From NCBI GenBank assembly GCA_964409365.1, contig CAYPCX010000012.1, positions 178 through 64,177 on the forward strand: DNA of 64,000 nt, read 5' to 3'. The position numbers were made by a program, and so were the translations under genes. Of this stretch, positions 9,825 to 20,601 are shown one piece after another (the first letter of the stretch is position 1; every line of letters begins with the position of its first letter). Source of the DNA: an uncultured Planctomycetia bacterium. Its GTDB lineage: Bacteria > Omnitrophota > Gorgyraeia > Tantalellales > Tantalellaceae. The notes under the pieces were generated by a model, which worked only from the letters and a program-made list of their open reading frames with translations, did not search any database and was not told where the DNA came from.

Positions 9825-12401
9825 TCAATCCGTAAAACAGATAAGCCGCTGTGAAACAACGTCCGATATGAGCTTGAGGCCCGCTTCATCAATGTCGAAG
9901 ACCTTTATTATACCTTTATAATCCGCCGCCTCAGGGACCAGTTCGGGAAATTTATCCTTGAAACGTTCCACCCACTCCCTGTTGAAGAACACGTCCTCTC
10001 TTTCAGGGAATATCGCGACATAAAAAATATTGGCCTCCACGAGGTCCTGAAAAAAGTGCGTGCCGAATGAAAGTTCCGGTATCAGGTTCCCGCCTTCAAA
10101 AGATATCTCCCCGAGAACGGCGATATTGTTTATCTCAGCGAATGTTACCGGTACTCCCAACGATGGCGTCGTCGTACCCCACCTGCCCGGACCTAAAAGG
10201 AGGACCGGTAACTCGTTCTTATCGCCGACCTGCTTGTTAAGTTTACCTACTATGCGAGCGACATCGTATTTGCGCCTGACCGGAAGGGCGCAATAATCTT
10301 CCGGGTCCACATATATGATCCTTTTTATGGGCTGCAACGTGTTCCCCCCGAAGAAATAACCCCCCGACTCCAGGAAGATCTTTCCCTTTTCGACGTGTCC
10401 GGGCATTTCAATCCTTTTTTCCTCGCCCTTGGTCTGGAGGGGCCTGCACTGCAAGAGGTTTATACGGAACGTGCCGTCCTTAGTATAATTCACGGTGAAC
10501 TCTATATCTATCGGATAGTTGTATTTGGCCTCCAGGGTCTTGAGTATCTTCCCGAACGTCTCCGTGAACAGGCCCTTTGAAAGAAGCTCGTCGAACGTCA
10601 ATATCCAGTAATCCACGTTCCTGCCGCTGCGCTCCTTGACCTCCCGGGACATCTCATAGTCGCGCACTGCTATGCGGTCCAGCACCTCGGGATCGGGTCC
10701 CTTCTCTATCATCTCCGGCAAAGACACCGTCCTGAACCTGTTCTCCTTCACGTCGATCAGGTCCACTTCATGCTGTGAATACTTCCGCACATCCTTCATG
10801 TCGGCGTGGGGCCTGAGAAGCGGCTTGTCGATCGCCGCTATCCTCGGGTAGTCCCCCTCGACCCTGTTAACGGCGCGCGTACCCAATCCGTATACAACGC
10901 GCAGCATCCCGGCTTCGGGATCCATCTCCTTTTTCCACACGTAAGTGTTGTAGGAAACACCGACACCGGCGAGGTCCGGATAAAAATAGTCTTCGTGCGG
11001 GGACCCGGATACTCTCTGAACTAACAGCGCCATCTGCTCGTCAAGGCGGTCCAGCCCCCTCTGTTGCCTGTAGGTCAGGGCATCCTCGTTCATCGTACTG
11101 GCATATATCCTCCTTACGGCTTCGGCGAATTGCACGTAACGCTGTTCCGGCGTACCCTGATTAGCGCAGAATATGCTCTCGTATTTCCCCGCGAAGGCAT
11201 TGCCGAACCCGTCCTCAAGAAGGCTGCTGGACCTCACTATTATGGGCGCCTGCCCGAAATACTCTATCATCTGCTGGAAATTCTCCATTATTTCTTCCGG
11301 GAAATTTCCATAGAGCATTTTCTCGCCCAACACGGCCGCGGCTTCGAAATACCCTTCACTGGTCTTCTGTTCCATGCGGAGCTTCCACCAACCGTTCTGC
11401 ACTATATAGGAATAGAAGACGTCCGAACCGATGTAAAAAGAGTCGTGCGGCTCGGATAGCTCATCCCACTTCAAAGAACCCTCTTTTGATATCATCTTCC
11501 TGGCAAGGAGCATGCCTACCGCCTTGCCGCCTATGACCCCCGTACCTATGAGCCGCGACTTTACCTCCAGGAGGTCCTCCAGCGTAAAGTGCTCCCTGGC
11601 CAGTTCCAGTATCCGTTTGTCCCTCGAGATCATGATAGCCGTTAATTTATCGATCATTTTCTTCTTTTCTGCCCGGGGCGCCGAAGAATTTACCATCTCT
11701 TCGGCCGCGAGGAACAGGCGGTCCCAGTAATCAAGGTATCTCGTCGCGCCTTCAGCTCCTTTCTTATGAATATGGGAGAGTATCCGTGCCGCGTCGATGC
11801 TGTCGGCCACGGAACTGAATTCCTCGCCTTTCCTGAGATGCGGCAGGAACATGGTCGGAGAATAACGGTTCCAGACCTTGAGAGGATGTACGTAACAGCT
11901 ACCCTCGTACTTGTAAACGTCTATCAGAAGCTGCGTCGTTTCACGGATGCGGGCTATGGTCTTGAATGAATGGCTGTTCCTGAGCAGCGAAAAATAGGCG
12001 ATCGTATCCAACTCATAAAGGAACGGGCATGTGACCATGAAGAAGTTGCCTATCATCAGATCCGTGGCCCATACCGTCAAAAGGTACGAAAGGCAGTCGA
12101 ACACATAGTAAGCTCCCACACCCTCGGCCGCTATTATCTTGTTAACCTGCGTGGTGAACGCTTCGAACCCGCCGGCCGCGTCCAACTGGTGTATCACGAC
12201 GTTCGGCCCCGGTTCCACGAGCGGCGCGTGGTCGGCGAACCTCATATAGACCGTCTTTTTCTCCGAATCCGCGGCCGTCTTAACGTAGGGCCGGACAAAC
12301 TCATGAAAATCCTCTATGTCGTCGACCTGCCATACCACATTGTCGCCGGCCCTCAATCCGGTCAGTATCCTATCAAGGCCTTTCAATCCCGTGCTTATCA
12401 T
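9825..12401 (-). CDS. PEP/pyruvate-binding (PPDK_N) domain protein with a degenerate RecA/KaiC-like N-terminus
   Basis: N-terminal ISTGLKGLDRIL; IGGKAVG, IVRSSSLLED..FAGKY, DIEF and LLQCRP. No phospho-His or PEP-utilising C domain recognised. Confidence 0.8.
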   Translation of the reverse strand: MISTGLKGLDRILTGLRAGDNVVWQVDDIEDFHEFVRPYVKTAADSEKKTVYMRFADHAPLVEPGPNVVIHQLDAAGGFEAFTTQVNKIIAAEGVGAYYVFDCLSYLLTVWATDLMIGNFFMVTCPFLYELDTIAYFSLLRNSHSFKTIARIRETTQLLIDVYKYEGSCYVHPLKVWNRYSPTMFLPHLRKGEEFSSVADSIDAARILSHIHKKGAEGATRYLDYWDRLFLAAEEMVNSSAPRAEKKKMIDKLTAIMISRDKRILELAREHFTLEDLLEVKSRLIGTGVIGGKAVGMLLARKMISKEGSLKWDELSEPHDSFYIGSDVFYSYIVQNGWWKLRMEQKTSEGYFEAAAVLGEKMLYGNFPEEIMENFQQMIEYFGQAPIIVRSSSLLEDGFGNAFAGKYESIFCANQGTPEQRYVQFAEAVRRIYASTMNEDALTYRQQRGLDRLDEQMALLVQRVSGSPHEDYFYPDLAGVGVSYNTYVWKKEMDPEAGMLRVVYGLGTRAVNRVEGDYPRIAAIDKPLLRPHADMKDVRKYSQHEVDLIDVKENRFRTVSLPEMIEKGPDPEVLDRIAVRDYEMSREVKERSGRNVDYWILTFDELLSKGLFTETFGKILKTLEAKYNYPIDIEFTVNYTKDGTFRINLLQCRPLQTKGEEKRIEMPGHVEKGKIFLESGGYFFGGNTLQPIKRIIYVDPEDYCALPVRRKYDVARIVGKLNKQVGDKNELPVLLLGPGRWGTTTPSLGVPVTFAEINNIAVLGEISFEGGNLIPELSFGTHFFQDLVEANIFYVAIFPEREDVFFNREWVERFKDKFPELVPEAADYKGIIKVFDIDEAGLKLISDVVSQRLICFTD

Positions 12402-12452
12402 GTCCTATATCCTCCGCTTTTATTCCGTCCGTCCTGAATACTATATCACATT

Positions 12453-13904
12453 TCACATCTCCGGGAGGCCACTATCTCCCATGAGATAAATGTCCATATC
12501 GCGCGCCGCTCTACGGCCTTCCGAGATAGCCCATACAACGAGCGACTGGCCGCGGCGCATATCTCCCGCGGAAAAAATCTTGTCCGCCGAAGTCTTATAA
12601 TTATCGCCTGTACGGACGTTCCCTCTTTCATCCAGATCCACTCCGGCCTCTTCAAGAAGCCCATCGTGTTCGGGATGGATAAAACCCATTGCCAGAACGA
12701 CCAGGTCCGCTTCGACCTCAAAGGCGCTTCCCGGCACCTCTTTCATGACCGGACATGTTCTTTCATCCGTTTTCCCGAACTCGACCTGAACGCACTCCAG
12801 CTTCTTCACGTTCCCGCGCTTATCGCCCACGAACTTCTTCGTAAGAACAGCCCAGCGCCTTTCGGCGCCTTCCTCGTGGCTCGAAGAGGTCTTCAGCAGC
12901 ATGGGATAGGTCGGCCAAGGCTGGTCTTCCATACGGCACTCGGACGGCTGTTCAAGAAGCTCTATCTGGACCACGCACGAGGCACCCTGCCTGTTAGCGA
13001 TACCCACACAATCGGATCCGGTGTCCCCGCCCCCGATAACGACCACCTTTTTCCCGGAGGCGTCGATCAGCTCCTCCGCCGGTATGGACTCACCCGCCAC
13101 TCTTCTGTTCGACTGGACCAGGTAATCCATAGCGAAATGTATACCGTTAAATTTACGTCCTTTTATATCGAGGTCCCGCGGGACCCTTGAACCGCCCGCC
13201 AGACAAACCGCGTCGTATCCCTCCAACAGTTCTTTCATCTGCTTATCGACTCCTACGTTCACCCCCGTGAAGAATCTTATCCCGGCCTTTTCCATAAGCT
13301 TGACGCGGCGGTCGATGACCCACTTCTCCAGTTTGAAATCCGGTATGCCGTAGCGCAGTATCCCGCCCGGTTTATCGTCCCTTTCGAAAACATCCACTTC
13401 GTGCCCGGCAACGTTAAGCTGGTCCGCGCAAGACAAGCCCGCCGGACCCGAACCGATGATCGCTATTCTTTTTCCCGTCCGCAAAAGAGGCACCCTCGGT
13501 TTGATGACCCCCTCTTTAAAAGCGTGCTCTATTACGGCCAATTCGTTCTCCCTTATCGTAACGGGGTCGTCATTTATGCCGAGTACGCACGCGAACTCGC
13601 ACGTCGCCGGGCATACACGCCCGGTGATCTCCGGCAGATTGTTGGTCGCCTGGAGCATCTGGAAAGCCCGTTCCCAATGTCCCCTGAACATCAGGTCGTT
13701 CCATTCTGGTATATAATTGCCGACCGGGCATCCCCAGTGGCAGAAAGGCGTACCGCAATCCATGCAGCGCGACGCCTGGTCCACTGACTGGCGCTCACCG
13801 CGCATTATACTAACATCTTTATAGTCCTTAACGCGCTCACATACCGGCCGGCATGCCGATTCCTGTCTTGTTATCTTTAAAAACCCTTTGGGATCACCCA
13901 TCAT
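12453..13904 (-). CDS. gltD: Glutamate synthase small subunit
   Basis: [34 protein letters not shown] and GQSLVVWAI. Confidence 0.95.
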   Translation of the reverse strand: MMGDPKGFLKITRQESACRPVCERVKDYKDVSIMRGERQSVDQASRCMDCGTPFCHWGCPVGNYIPEWNDLMFRGHWERAFQMLQATNNLPEITGRVCPATCEFACVLGINDDPVTIRENELAVIEHAFKEGVIKPRVPLLRTGKRIAIIGSGPAGLSCADQLNVAGHEVDVFERDDKPGGILRYGIPDFKLEKWVIDRRVKLMEKAGIRFFTGVNVGVDKQMKELLEGYDAVCLAGGSRVPRDLDIKGRKFNGIHFAMDYLVQSNRRVAGESIPAEELIDASGKKVVVIGGGDTGSDCVGIANRQGASCVVQIELLEQPSECRMEDQPWPTYPMLLKTSSSHEEGAERRWAVLTKKFVGDKRGNVKKLECVQVEFGKTDERTCPVMKEVPGSAFEVEADLVVLAMGFIHPEHDGLLEEAGVDLDERGNVRTGDNYKTSADKIFSAGDMRRGQSLVVWAISEGRRAARDMDIYLMGDSGLPEM

Positions 13905-16900
13905 ACACCTCCAGGAGGCCCAGACGGGCCTGGGTGTCCTTGCCCCCGAGCACGCGTTTGTACTCGAACGGTATTACTTTAACGAACTTCCTGGCCGTTT
14001 CTTTGAAGTTCTTCATGACTTCTTTCGCGCGGGGGCTTCCCGTATACTTATGATGATTATGGAGAAGATCGTAAACAAGCGTCCTGTCATCGTCATCAAG
14101 ACGTTCCAGGTGTACCATCTTCTTGTTGCATCTTGATTCGAAACTGCCATCCTCGTCGTAAACATAGGCAATACCGCCGGACATGCCCGCCGCGAAGTTC
14201 TTGCCGGTTTTCCCCAAGACCACCACTCTTCCGCCGGTCATGTATTCACACCCATGGTCGCCTACTCCTTCGACGACCGCATAAAGCCCTGAATTTCTCA
14301 CACAGAACCTTTCGCCGGCCCTGCCGCGTATATACGCTTCCCCTGAAATAGCCCCGTAAAAAGTGGTATTCCCGATCAATATGTTCTCTTCCGCCTTAAA
14401 ACCCGCTTTCTTGTCGGGATAGATTATTATCTTACCGCCGGATATACCTTTACCCACGTAATCGTTCGCCAGGCCTTCCAACTCGAAAGTCACTCCCTTG
14501 GCGAGAAAAGCGCCGAAACTCTGGCCGGCTATGCCCTTGAATCTGCAACTTATTGAATCGGCTGGAAGTCCCATCTCCCCGTGCATCTTGCAGACCTCAC
14601 CGCTCATCATGGCCCCGGTCGCCCTGTCGGTATTATTGATGGGCATCTCTAACTTGACAGTGCCTGATCTTTTTATCACCTCGCCCGCCAGTTCCATAAG
14701 TTTCCGGTCAAGAACACGGTCGATACCATGATGCTGCCCGCAGGTGCAGCGCCTATGGTCCTCATCCTCGAGGTCCGGCTTATAGAGGAGGCGCGAGAAG
14801 TCCAGCCCTCTGGCCTTCTCCGGGATAATATCCTCGTTGATCTCCAACAGTTCCGTGCGACCCACAAGTTCGTCGATCTTTCTTACTCCAAGGGAGGCCA
14901 TTATCTCGCGCAGTTCCCTTGCCACGAAGAGCATGTAGTTCACCACATATTCCGGCCGTCCCTGGAACCTCTTTTCCAGCATCTCGTCCTGTGTGGCGAC
15001 ACCCACGGAACAGTTATTGAGGTGACAGTGCCTCAGCATCACGCATCCCAGCGTGATCAGTACCGCGGTACAAAAACCGAACTCTTCGGCGCCAAGTAAT
15101 GCGGCTATGGCGACGTCCCTTCCCGTACGCATCTGGCCGTCGGTCTGGAGGCGCACGCGGCTGCGGAGGCCGTTAAGGACAAGCGTCTGGTGCGTCTCGG
15201 AAAGTCCCAGTTCCCAGGGAAGGCCGGCATGCCTTATCGAACTTCTGGGCGATGCGCCCGTGCCCCCGTCCCCGCCGGATATCAGTATCATGTCGGCATG
15301 CCCTTTGGCCACGCCCGCCGCTATGGTACCCACGCCTATTTCGGAAACGAGTTTCACGCTGATACGTGCGCGCGGATTAGCGTTCTTCAGGTCGAAAATA
15401 AGCTGGGCCAGATCCTCTATAGAATAAATGTCATGATGCGGAGGCGGGGATATAAGTGTAACGCCCTGCGTTGTATACCGCGTCCGCGCTATTATCGCGC
15501 TTACCTTATGTCCCGGGAGCTGTCCCCCCTCTCCGGGCTTGGCTCCTTGGGCTATCTTGATCTGGAGCTCATCGGCATTGGTCAGGTAATTTATCGTGAC
15601 ACCGAACCTGCCGGAAGCCACCTGCTTTATCGCGCTCCGGACGGAATCGCCGTTGGGCAGGGTGCCGAAACGGGCCGGGTCCTCTCCTCCTTCCCCCGTG
15701 TTCGACTTTGCCCCGAGACGGTTCATGGCAATGGCGATCGCCTCATGCACGCTCCTTGATATGGACCCGAAGCTCATCGCGCCTGTCGCGAACCGTTTCA
15801 CGATCTCTTCTACCGGCTCGACCTCTTCAAGCGGGACCGGTGCGGTCTTTTTGAACTTCAAAAGACCTCTCAGCGTTGTCGGGTTCTTTGACTGGTCGTT
15901 TATCAATCCGGAGAATTCCTTGAAGACGGAATAATCGTTATTCCTCACCGAGTCCTGCAGCTTGGCTATGCTTTCCGGGTTCCACAAATGGAACTCGCCG
16001 TCCCTCTTCCACTGGTATACGCCTCCGGTGTCCAAGTACGGCGTTTCTTCTCCCCTTTCGGGGTACGCGCGCTTGTGCCGCCGGAGCGTTTCTCTGGCGA
16101 TATCATCTATTCCCACTCCCCCTATCCTGGAGACCGTGCCCGTAAAATACTTTTCTATCACATCATCGGCTATCCCCAGGGCCTCGAATATCTGCGCCCC
16201 TCGGTAGCTCCTCATAGTGGAGATACCCATCTTTGAAAGGATCTTAAGGAGCCCCTTACGCACCGCATTTATATAATTCTTTTGTCCCTCCTCCACTTTC
16301 ATGTCCAGGTCGCCTTCCTCCACAAGCCGGGCCACAGCTTCATACGCGAGATACGGGTTGACGCAGTCGGCACCGTATCCCATAAGAAGGGCGAAATGAT
16401 GCACTTCGCGTGGTTCTCCGCTCTCGACTATTATCCCTATCTCTGAGCGTATGGACCTCCTTACGAGATGCTGATGAACCGCGCTCGTCGCCAGAAGCGC
16501 CGGAAGCGCCACGTTATACCTGTCCGCGCCCCGGTCGCTCAGTATTAAAAAGGTGAACCCTTTTTCTACGGCGTACTCGGCCTCAAAACATACCCTTTCA
16601 GTCGCCTGGACAAAATCGTTCTCCGATCCGCTGAAATAAGTGTAGATCGTCTTTGTCTTGAACCCGGCCGTATTCATTTCCCTTATGAGCTCAAGTTCCT
16701 CATCGGTCAGAACAGGGTTTCGCACCTTCAGCTTCCGGCAGTGCTCCCTGCCTTCTTCAAGTATGTTCTTGCCCTTACCCATGTAACTATCGAGATTCAT
16801 CACTATCTCTTCCCTTATAGGGTCGATCGCGGGATTGGTGACCTGGGCGAACAGCTGCTTGAAGTAACTGTAAAGCATTTGCGGCTTTTTAGAAAGGACC

Positions 16901-18420
16901 GCGTGCGGGGTGTCGTTCCCCATCGAACCGACCGGTTCCTTACCCTCCTCCGCCATGGGTTTTATTATTTCTTTTATGTCCTCGCGGGTGTAGCCGAACG
17001 CTTTCATGGCGGAAAGAGCGTCTTCCGCGTTCTTTGTCCTTATTCCCGTTGCGGGCAGATCATCAAGCGAGACCAGGTTATCTTTCAACCATTCACCGTA
17101 AGGCCGGCGGTCCGAGAGTTCCTTCTTGATCTCGGAATCCCCTACTAAACGGCCGCGTGCGGTATCCACAAAAAGCATCTTGCCGGGTTCCAGGCGACCC
17201 GAAACAGCTATATCGGCGGGGTCAAAGTCAAGGACACCCACCTCGGACGCCATCGCGACCATGCCGTTTCTGGTCACGATGTAGCGCGCCGGGCGCAGAC
17301 CGTTCCTGTCCAAGACGGCGCCCACTTCGGTACCGTCCGTAAAAGCTATCGCCGCGGGGCCGTCCCAAGGCTCCATGAAACAGGCATTATACTCATAGAA
17401 ATCCCTTAATGACCCGGTCGTGAACGGGTCTTTTTCCCACGCGGCGGGTATAAGCATCATCATGACGTGCTCAAGCGGCCTTCCCGCCAGCGCGAGAAGC
17501 TCGAAAACATTATCTATGATGGCCGAATCGCTGCCGCCTTCGACGATGACCGGTTTTATCTTCTGTATATCCCGGCCGAAAAGTTCGCTCCCGAGAAGCC
17601 GCTCTTTCGCGCGGAACCAGTTCATATTGCCCCTGAGAGTGTTTATCTCACCGTTATGCGCAAGGAACCTGAACGGCTGCGCCAGGTCCCAGGTGGGAAA
17701 AGTATTAGTGCTGTACCTTGAATGGACAAGCGCTATGGCGCTTTCCACGTCGTTTTGCTTGAGGTCGGGATAAAAATCCCTGACCTGTCCCGGCATGAGA
17801 AGACCCTTGTAGCTGACGGTCCTTGAAGAAAGGTTGGTGATATAGAAAAATGTCTTTTGTTCTATTCCGGAAGACTTGACCGTATTCTCGATACGTTTTC
17901 TTATAACATAAAGTTTCCTTTCGAAAGCAAGCTGGTCGCCCGTCCCCGTCCCTTTTCCGATAAAGACCTGTTTTATCACCGGCTTGGTCTGGCGCGCGCC
18001 CCTGCCTATCAGGGAATCGTCCACGGGCACATCGCGCCATCCCAGGATATCCCCGCCTTCTTCTTTTATGACTTTTCTGAAAACATCCTCGCAGAAGATC
18101 CTTTCGCTCCCCTCGGTGGGAAGAAAGACAATGCCGGTACCGTAATCACCTGGATCCGGCAATTCTATGCCCGCGTCAGAGGAGACCCTGGAATAGAACC
18201 TGTGGGGGATCTGGATCAGGATCCCCGCGCCGTCACCTGTCTTAGGGTCGGCGCCGACCGCGCCGCGGTGGCTCATCCTTTCCAGTATTTCTGTACCCTT
18301 TTGTATGATGTCGTGCGACTTCTTGCCGTTCATCTCGCAGACGAACCCCACCCCGCAGCTGTCGCGTTCGAACCGCCGGTCATAAAGTCCCTGTTTTTCA
18401 GGCAAGCGTCCTTTTTTCAT
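13894..18420 (-). CDS. gltB: Glutamate synthase large subunit
   Basis: DSCGVGF amidotransferase start, QGAKPGEGGQLP and CHLNNCSVGVATQ. Confidence 0.97.
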   Translation of the reverse strand: MKKGRLPEKQGLYDRRFERDSCGVGFVCEMNGKKSHDIIQKGTEILERMSHRGAVGADPKTGDGAGILIQIPHRFYSRVSSDAGIELPDPGDYGTGIVFLPTEGSERIFCEDVFRKVIKEEGGDILGWRDVPVDDSLIGRGARQTKPVIKQVFIGKGTGTGDQLAFERKLYVIRKRIENTVKSSGIEQKTFFYITNLSSRTVSYKGLLMPGQVRDFYPDLKQNDVESAIALVHSRYSTNTFPTWDLAQPFRFLAHNGEINTLRGNMNWFRAKERLLGSELFGRDIQKIKPVIVEGGSDSAIIDNVFELLALAGRPLEHVMMMLIPAAWEKDPFTTGSLRDFYEYNACFMEPWDGPAAIAFTDGTEVGAVLDRNGLRPARYIVTRNGMVAMASEVGVLDFDPADIAVSGRLEPGKMLFVDTARGRLVGDSEIKKELSDRRPYGEWLKDNLVSLDDLPATGIRTKNAEDALSAMKAFGYTREDIKEIIKPMAEEGKEPVGSMGNDTPHAVLSKKPQMLYSYFKQLFAQVTNPAIDPIREEIVMNLDSYMGKGKNILEEGREHCRKLKVRNPVLTDEELELIREMNTAGFKTKTIYTYFSGSENDFVQATERVCFEAEYAVEKGFTFLILSDRGADRYNVALPALLATSAVHQHLVRRSIRSEIGIIVESGEPREVHHFALLMGYGADCVNPYLAYEAVARLVEEGDLDMKVEEGQKNYINAVRKGLLKILSKMGISTMRSYRGAQIFEALGIADDVIEKYFTGTVSRIGGVGIDDIARETLRRHKRAYPERGEETPYLDTGGVYQWKRDGEFHLWNPESIAKLQDSVRNNDYSVFKEFSGLINDQSKNPTTLRGLLKFKKTAPVPLEEVEPVEEIVKRFATGAMSFGSISRSVHEAIAIAMNRLGAKSNTGEGGEDPARFGTLPNGDSVRSAIKQVASGRFGVTINYLTNADELQIKIAQGAKPGEGGQLPGHKVSAIIARTRYTTQGVTLISPPPHHDIYSIEDLAQLIFDLKNANPRARISVKLVSEIGVGTIAAGVAKGHADMILISGGDGGTGASPRSSIRHAGLPWELGLSETHQTLVLNGLRSRVRLQTDGQMRTGRDVAIAALLGAEEFGFCTAVLITLGCVMLRHCHLNNCSVGVATQDEMLEKRFQGRPEYVVNYMLFVARELREIMASLGVRKIDELVGRTELLEINEDIIPEKARGLDFSRLLYKPDLEDEDHRRCTCGQHHGIDRVLDRKLMELAGEVIKRSGTVKLEMPINNTDRATGAMMSGEVCKMHGEMGLPADSISCRFKGIAGQSFGAFLAKGVTFELEGLANDYVGKGISGGKIIIYPDKKAGFKAEENILIGNTTFYGAISGEAYIRGRAGERFCVRNSGLYAVVEGVGDHGCEYMTGGRVVVLGKTGKNFAAGMSGGIAYVYDEDGSFESRCNKKMVHLERLDDDDRTLVYDLLHNHHKYTGSPRAKEVMKNFKETARKFVKVIPFEYKRVLGGKDTQARLGLLEVYDG

Positions 18421-18431
18421 GCTTCTTACCC

Positions 18432-18662
18432 CTATATTTTGTACCTTCTTACGTTGATGTCAAGCTTCCTTATCTTCACGCGCAGAGTATTCCGGTTTAT
18501 ACCCAGGATCTTCGCGGCAATGGACTGGTTGCCGTAAGACCTTTCGAGCGCCTTTTCGATAAGCGCCTTCTCAGTACCGCGTATGACTTTATCGTATACC
18601 TTACCTTTATCCTTTGTAAAAAACAAACTATCAATGCTTTTTGCTGCTTCCCTGAACATCAT
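18432..18662 (-). CDS. Stand-alone Fis-type HTH protein
   Basis: EKALIEKALERSYGNQSIAAKILGINRNTLRVKI. Confidence 0.85.
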   Translation of the reverse strand: MMFREAAKSIDSLFFTKDKGKVYDKVIRGTEKALIEKALERSYGNQSIAAKILGINRNTLRVKIRKLDINVRRYKI

Positions 18663-18710
18663 CTCGCTACCTCCCGGCTAAAACTGCCCAGATATTGTGC
18701 ATGTAACAGT

Positions 18711-18862
18711 AAAAAAATACCCTTTCCGGAGGCGGGTCCTTCGACCTTTCCGAAAAGGGCATCTTTGCCTTACTTACCGGTCCCTTCCGCGGGACCTATA
18801 TAAATAAAAAACCCCCGGAAACTTCGTCCCCAAGGGCCTCATTGCCGCTTAACTCCTTTGTT
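18711..18862 (-). promoter_or_regulatory. Tandem ANTAR-type attenuators upstream of fis-gltBD
   Basis: AAC-AAAGGA-GTT and GGC-AATGAG-GCC overlap terminator 18806-18838; GGTCCC-GCGGAA-GGGACC and GGC-AAAGAT-GCC overlap terminator 18711-18762. Confidence 0.85.
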
Positions 18863-18868
18863 GAATTA

Positions 18869-18897
18869 ATTGTAACACTTAGTGGTCTCATTGTCAA
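18869..18897 (-). promoter_or_regulatory. Sigma70 promoter of fis-gltBD
   Basis: TTGACA-17 nt-TACAAT. Confidence 0.8.
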
Positions 18898-18945
18898 GTA
18901 AAAAATTGCCTAATAATTAAGCTATTATTGATTAAACCTTAAACA

Positions 18946-19287
18946 TCATCCTATCGCCACGCCTCCCTTCTCCCCCGTACGTATACGTATGCACTCGGGA
19001 AGGTCGAGAACGAAGATCTTACCGTCGCCTATGTTGCCGGTCCGTGCGCCTTTTATTATGGCGTCGATCGTAGGCTGGACGAAATTCTCATTTACCGCTA
19101 TTTCGAGACGCACTTTTTTCAGTAAATTTACGTCGTGCACTACGCCCCTGTAAGTTTCGGTATAGCCTTTCTGCTGGCCGCAGCCAAGGGCGTTAGTGAC
19201 CGTCATCTTGTAGACTTCCGCTTCATATAGCGCCTTTTTTACGTCCGGCAGCTTATGCGGCTGTATCATAGCAATTATAAGTTTCAT
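18946..19287 (-). CDS. glnK: P-II nitrogen regulator
   Basis: [13 protein letters not shown]-loop, [11 protein letters not shown] and IRIRTGE; adjacent to amtB. Confidence 0.95.
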   Translation of the reverse strand: MKLIIAMIQPHKLPDVKKALYEAEVYKMTVTNALGCGQQKGYTETYRGVVHDVNLLKKVRLEIAVNENFVQPTIDAIIKGARTGNIGDGKIFVLDLPECIRIRTGEKGGVAIG

Positions 19288-19308
19288 GATCTCCCCTCCT
19301 TATATTTT

Positions 19309-20577
19309 CTACTTTGTGGTGAATATCTGGAAACCCGCGTAAGCCTCCATGCCGTGCTCGGTTATATCGAGCCCTTTGAGCTCTTCGTCCCTTGAGACCC
19401 TCAGGCCCATGATCATGTCGATCGCCTTGAAGATTATCGTCATACCCACCAGAACAAAAAGCACAACGGCACCCACGCCCAGGGCCTGGATACCCAGCTG
19501 GGTAAACCCGCCGCCGTGAAAAAGACCATCCCGGGCGAGGCCGAGCGCTTTGTGCCCGAAAAGGCCCACAGCCAGCGTGCCCCATACACCGTTCATCATG
19601 TGTACGGGAACAGCGCCTACGGGATCATCCACTCGGACCTTGTCCAGAAAAAGCGTTCCGAACACAACTAACACTCCCGCCACGAGGCCTATGATCATTG
19701 ATTCGAACGGAAGCACATAAGCGCACGGTGCCGTAATAGCGACAAGTCCCGCTAACGCACCGTTCATGGTCATTGAAAGATCGGGTTTACCGCAAATCTT
19801 CCAGGCAACGGCCATAGCCGTGAACCCGCCGACCGCCGCCGCGAGATTCGTGTTCATCGCGACTTTCGCCATGAGACTTCCGTTACCGACGCTTAAGGTA
19901 GACCCGGGATTGAACCCGAACCACGCGAACCAGAGTATAAGCGCGCCCAAAGAAGCCAGCGTCATGGAATGGCCCTCTATAGCGTTGGCCGACCCGTCCT
20001 TGTTGTATTTGCCTATCCGGGGACCCAGCATCATGGTCCCGACCAGTGCCGCCGTTCCTCCTACGGCGTGGACGACCGTGGACCCGGCAAAATCACCGAA
20101 ACCCAGGCCAGCCAGCCAACCGCCGCCCCATATCCAGTGTCCCACGAAAGGATAGATCGTGGCCGATATGAGAAAAGAGTATATAAGATAGCACTGGAAT
20201 TTCATCCTTTCGGCTATGCCCCCGGCGACTATAGTCGCGGCGGCCCCGCAAAAGACCGCATGGAAAAGCCACGCCGCCTCAAGAGGAATAGTCCCTTCAT
20301 GGGTGGCGTTCAACAGAAAGAACCCGTTGAACCCCATGAAACCGTTCCCTTTCCCGAACATGAACGCATAACCGAAAATGAAAAATCCCATGGACGCCAT
20401 ACAGAAATCCAGGAAGTTGTTCATAAGCACGTTACATGTGTTCTTTGTACGGATAAGACCGGCTTCAAGCATGCCAAACCCGGCCTGCATTATAAAGACC
20501 AGGAACGCGGCGATAAGTACCCATAAAGTGTCTATCCCCGCCGTACTTGCGAATTGTGTTGTCTCTGTGCCTGTCAT
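19309..20577 (-). CDS. amtB: Ammonium transporter
   Basis: MQAGFGMLEAG, DFAGSTVVH, WFGFNPGS and DDPVGAVPVH. Confidence 0.95.
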   Translation of the reverse strand: MTGTETTQFASTAGIDTLWVLIAAFLVFIMQAGFGMLEAGLIRTKNTCNVLMNNFLDFCMASMGFFIFGYAFMFGKGNGFMGFNGFFLLNATHEGTIPLEAAWLFHAVFCGAAATIVAGGIAERMKFQCYLIYSFLISATIYPFVGHWIWGGGWLAGLGFGDFAGSTVVHAVGGTAALVGTMMLGPRIGKYNKDGSANAIEGHSMTLASLGALILWFAWFGFNPGSTLSVGNGSLMAKVAMNTNLAAAVGGFTAMAVAWKICGKPDLSMTMNGALAGLVAITAPCAYVLPFESMIIGLVAGVLVVFGTLFLDKVRVDDPVGAVPVHMMNGVWGTLAVGLFGHKALGLARDGLFHGGGFTQLGIQALGVGAVVLFVLVGMTIIFKAIDMIMGLRVSRDEELKGLDITEHGMEAYAGFQIFTTK

Positions 20578-20601
20578 TGTTCCCCTCCTCTTTTATTGCT
20601 A

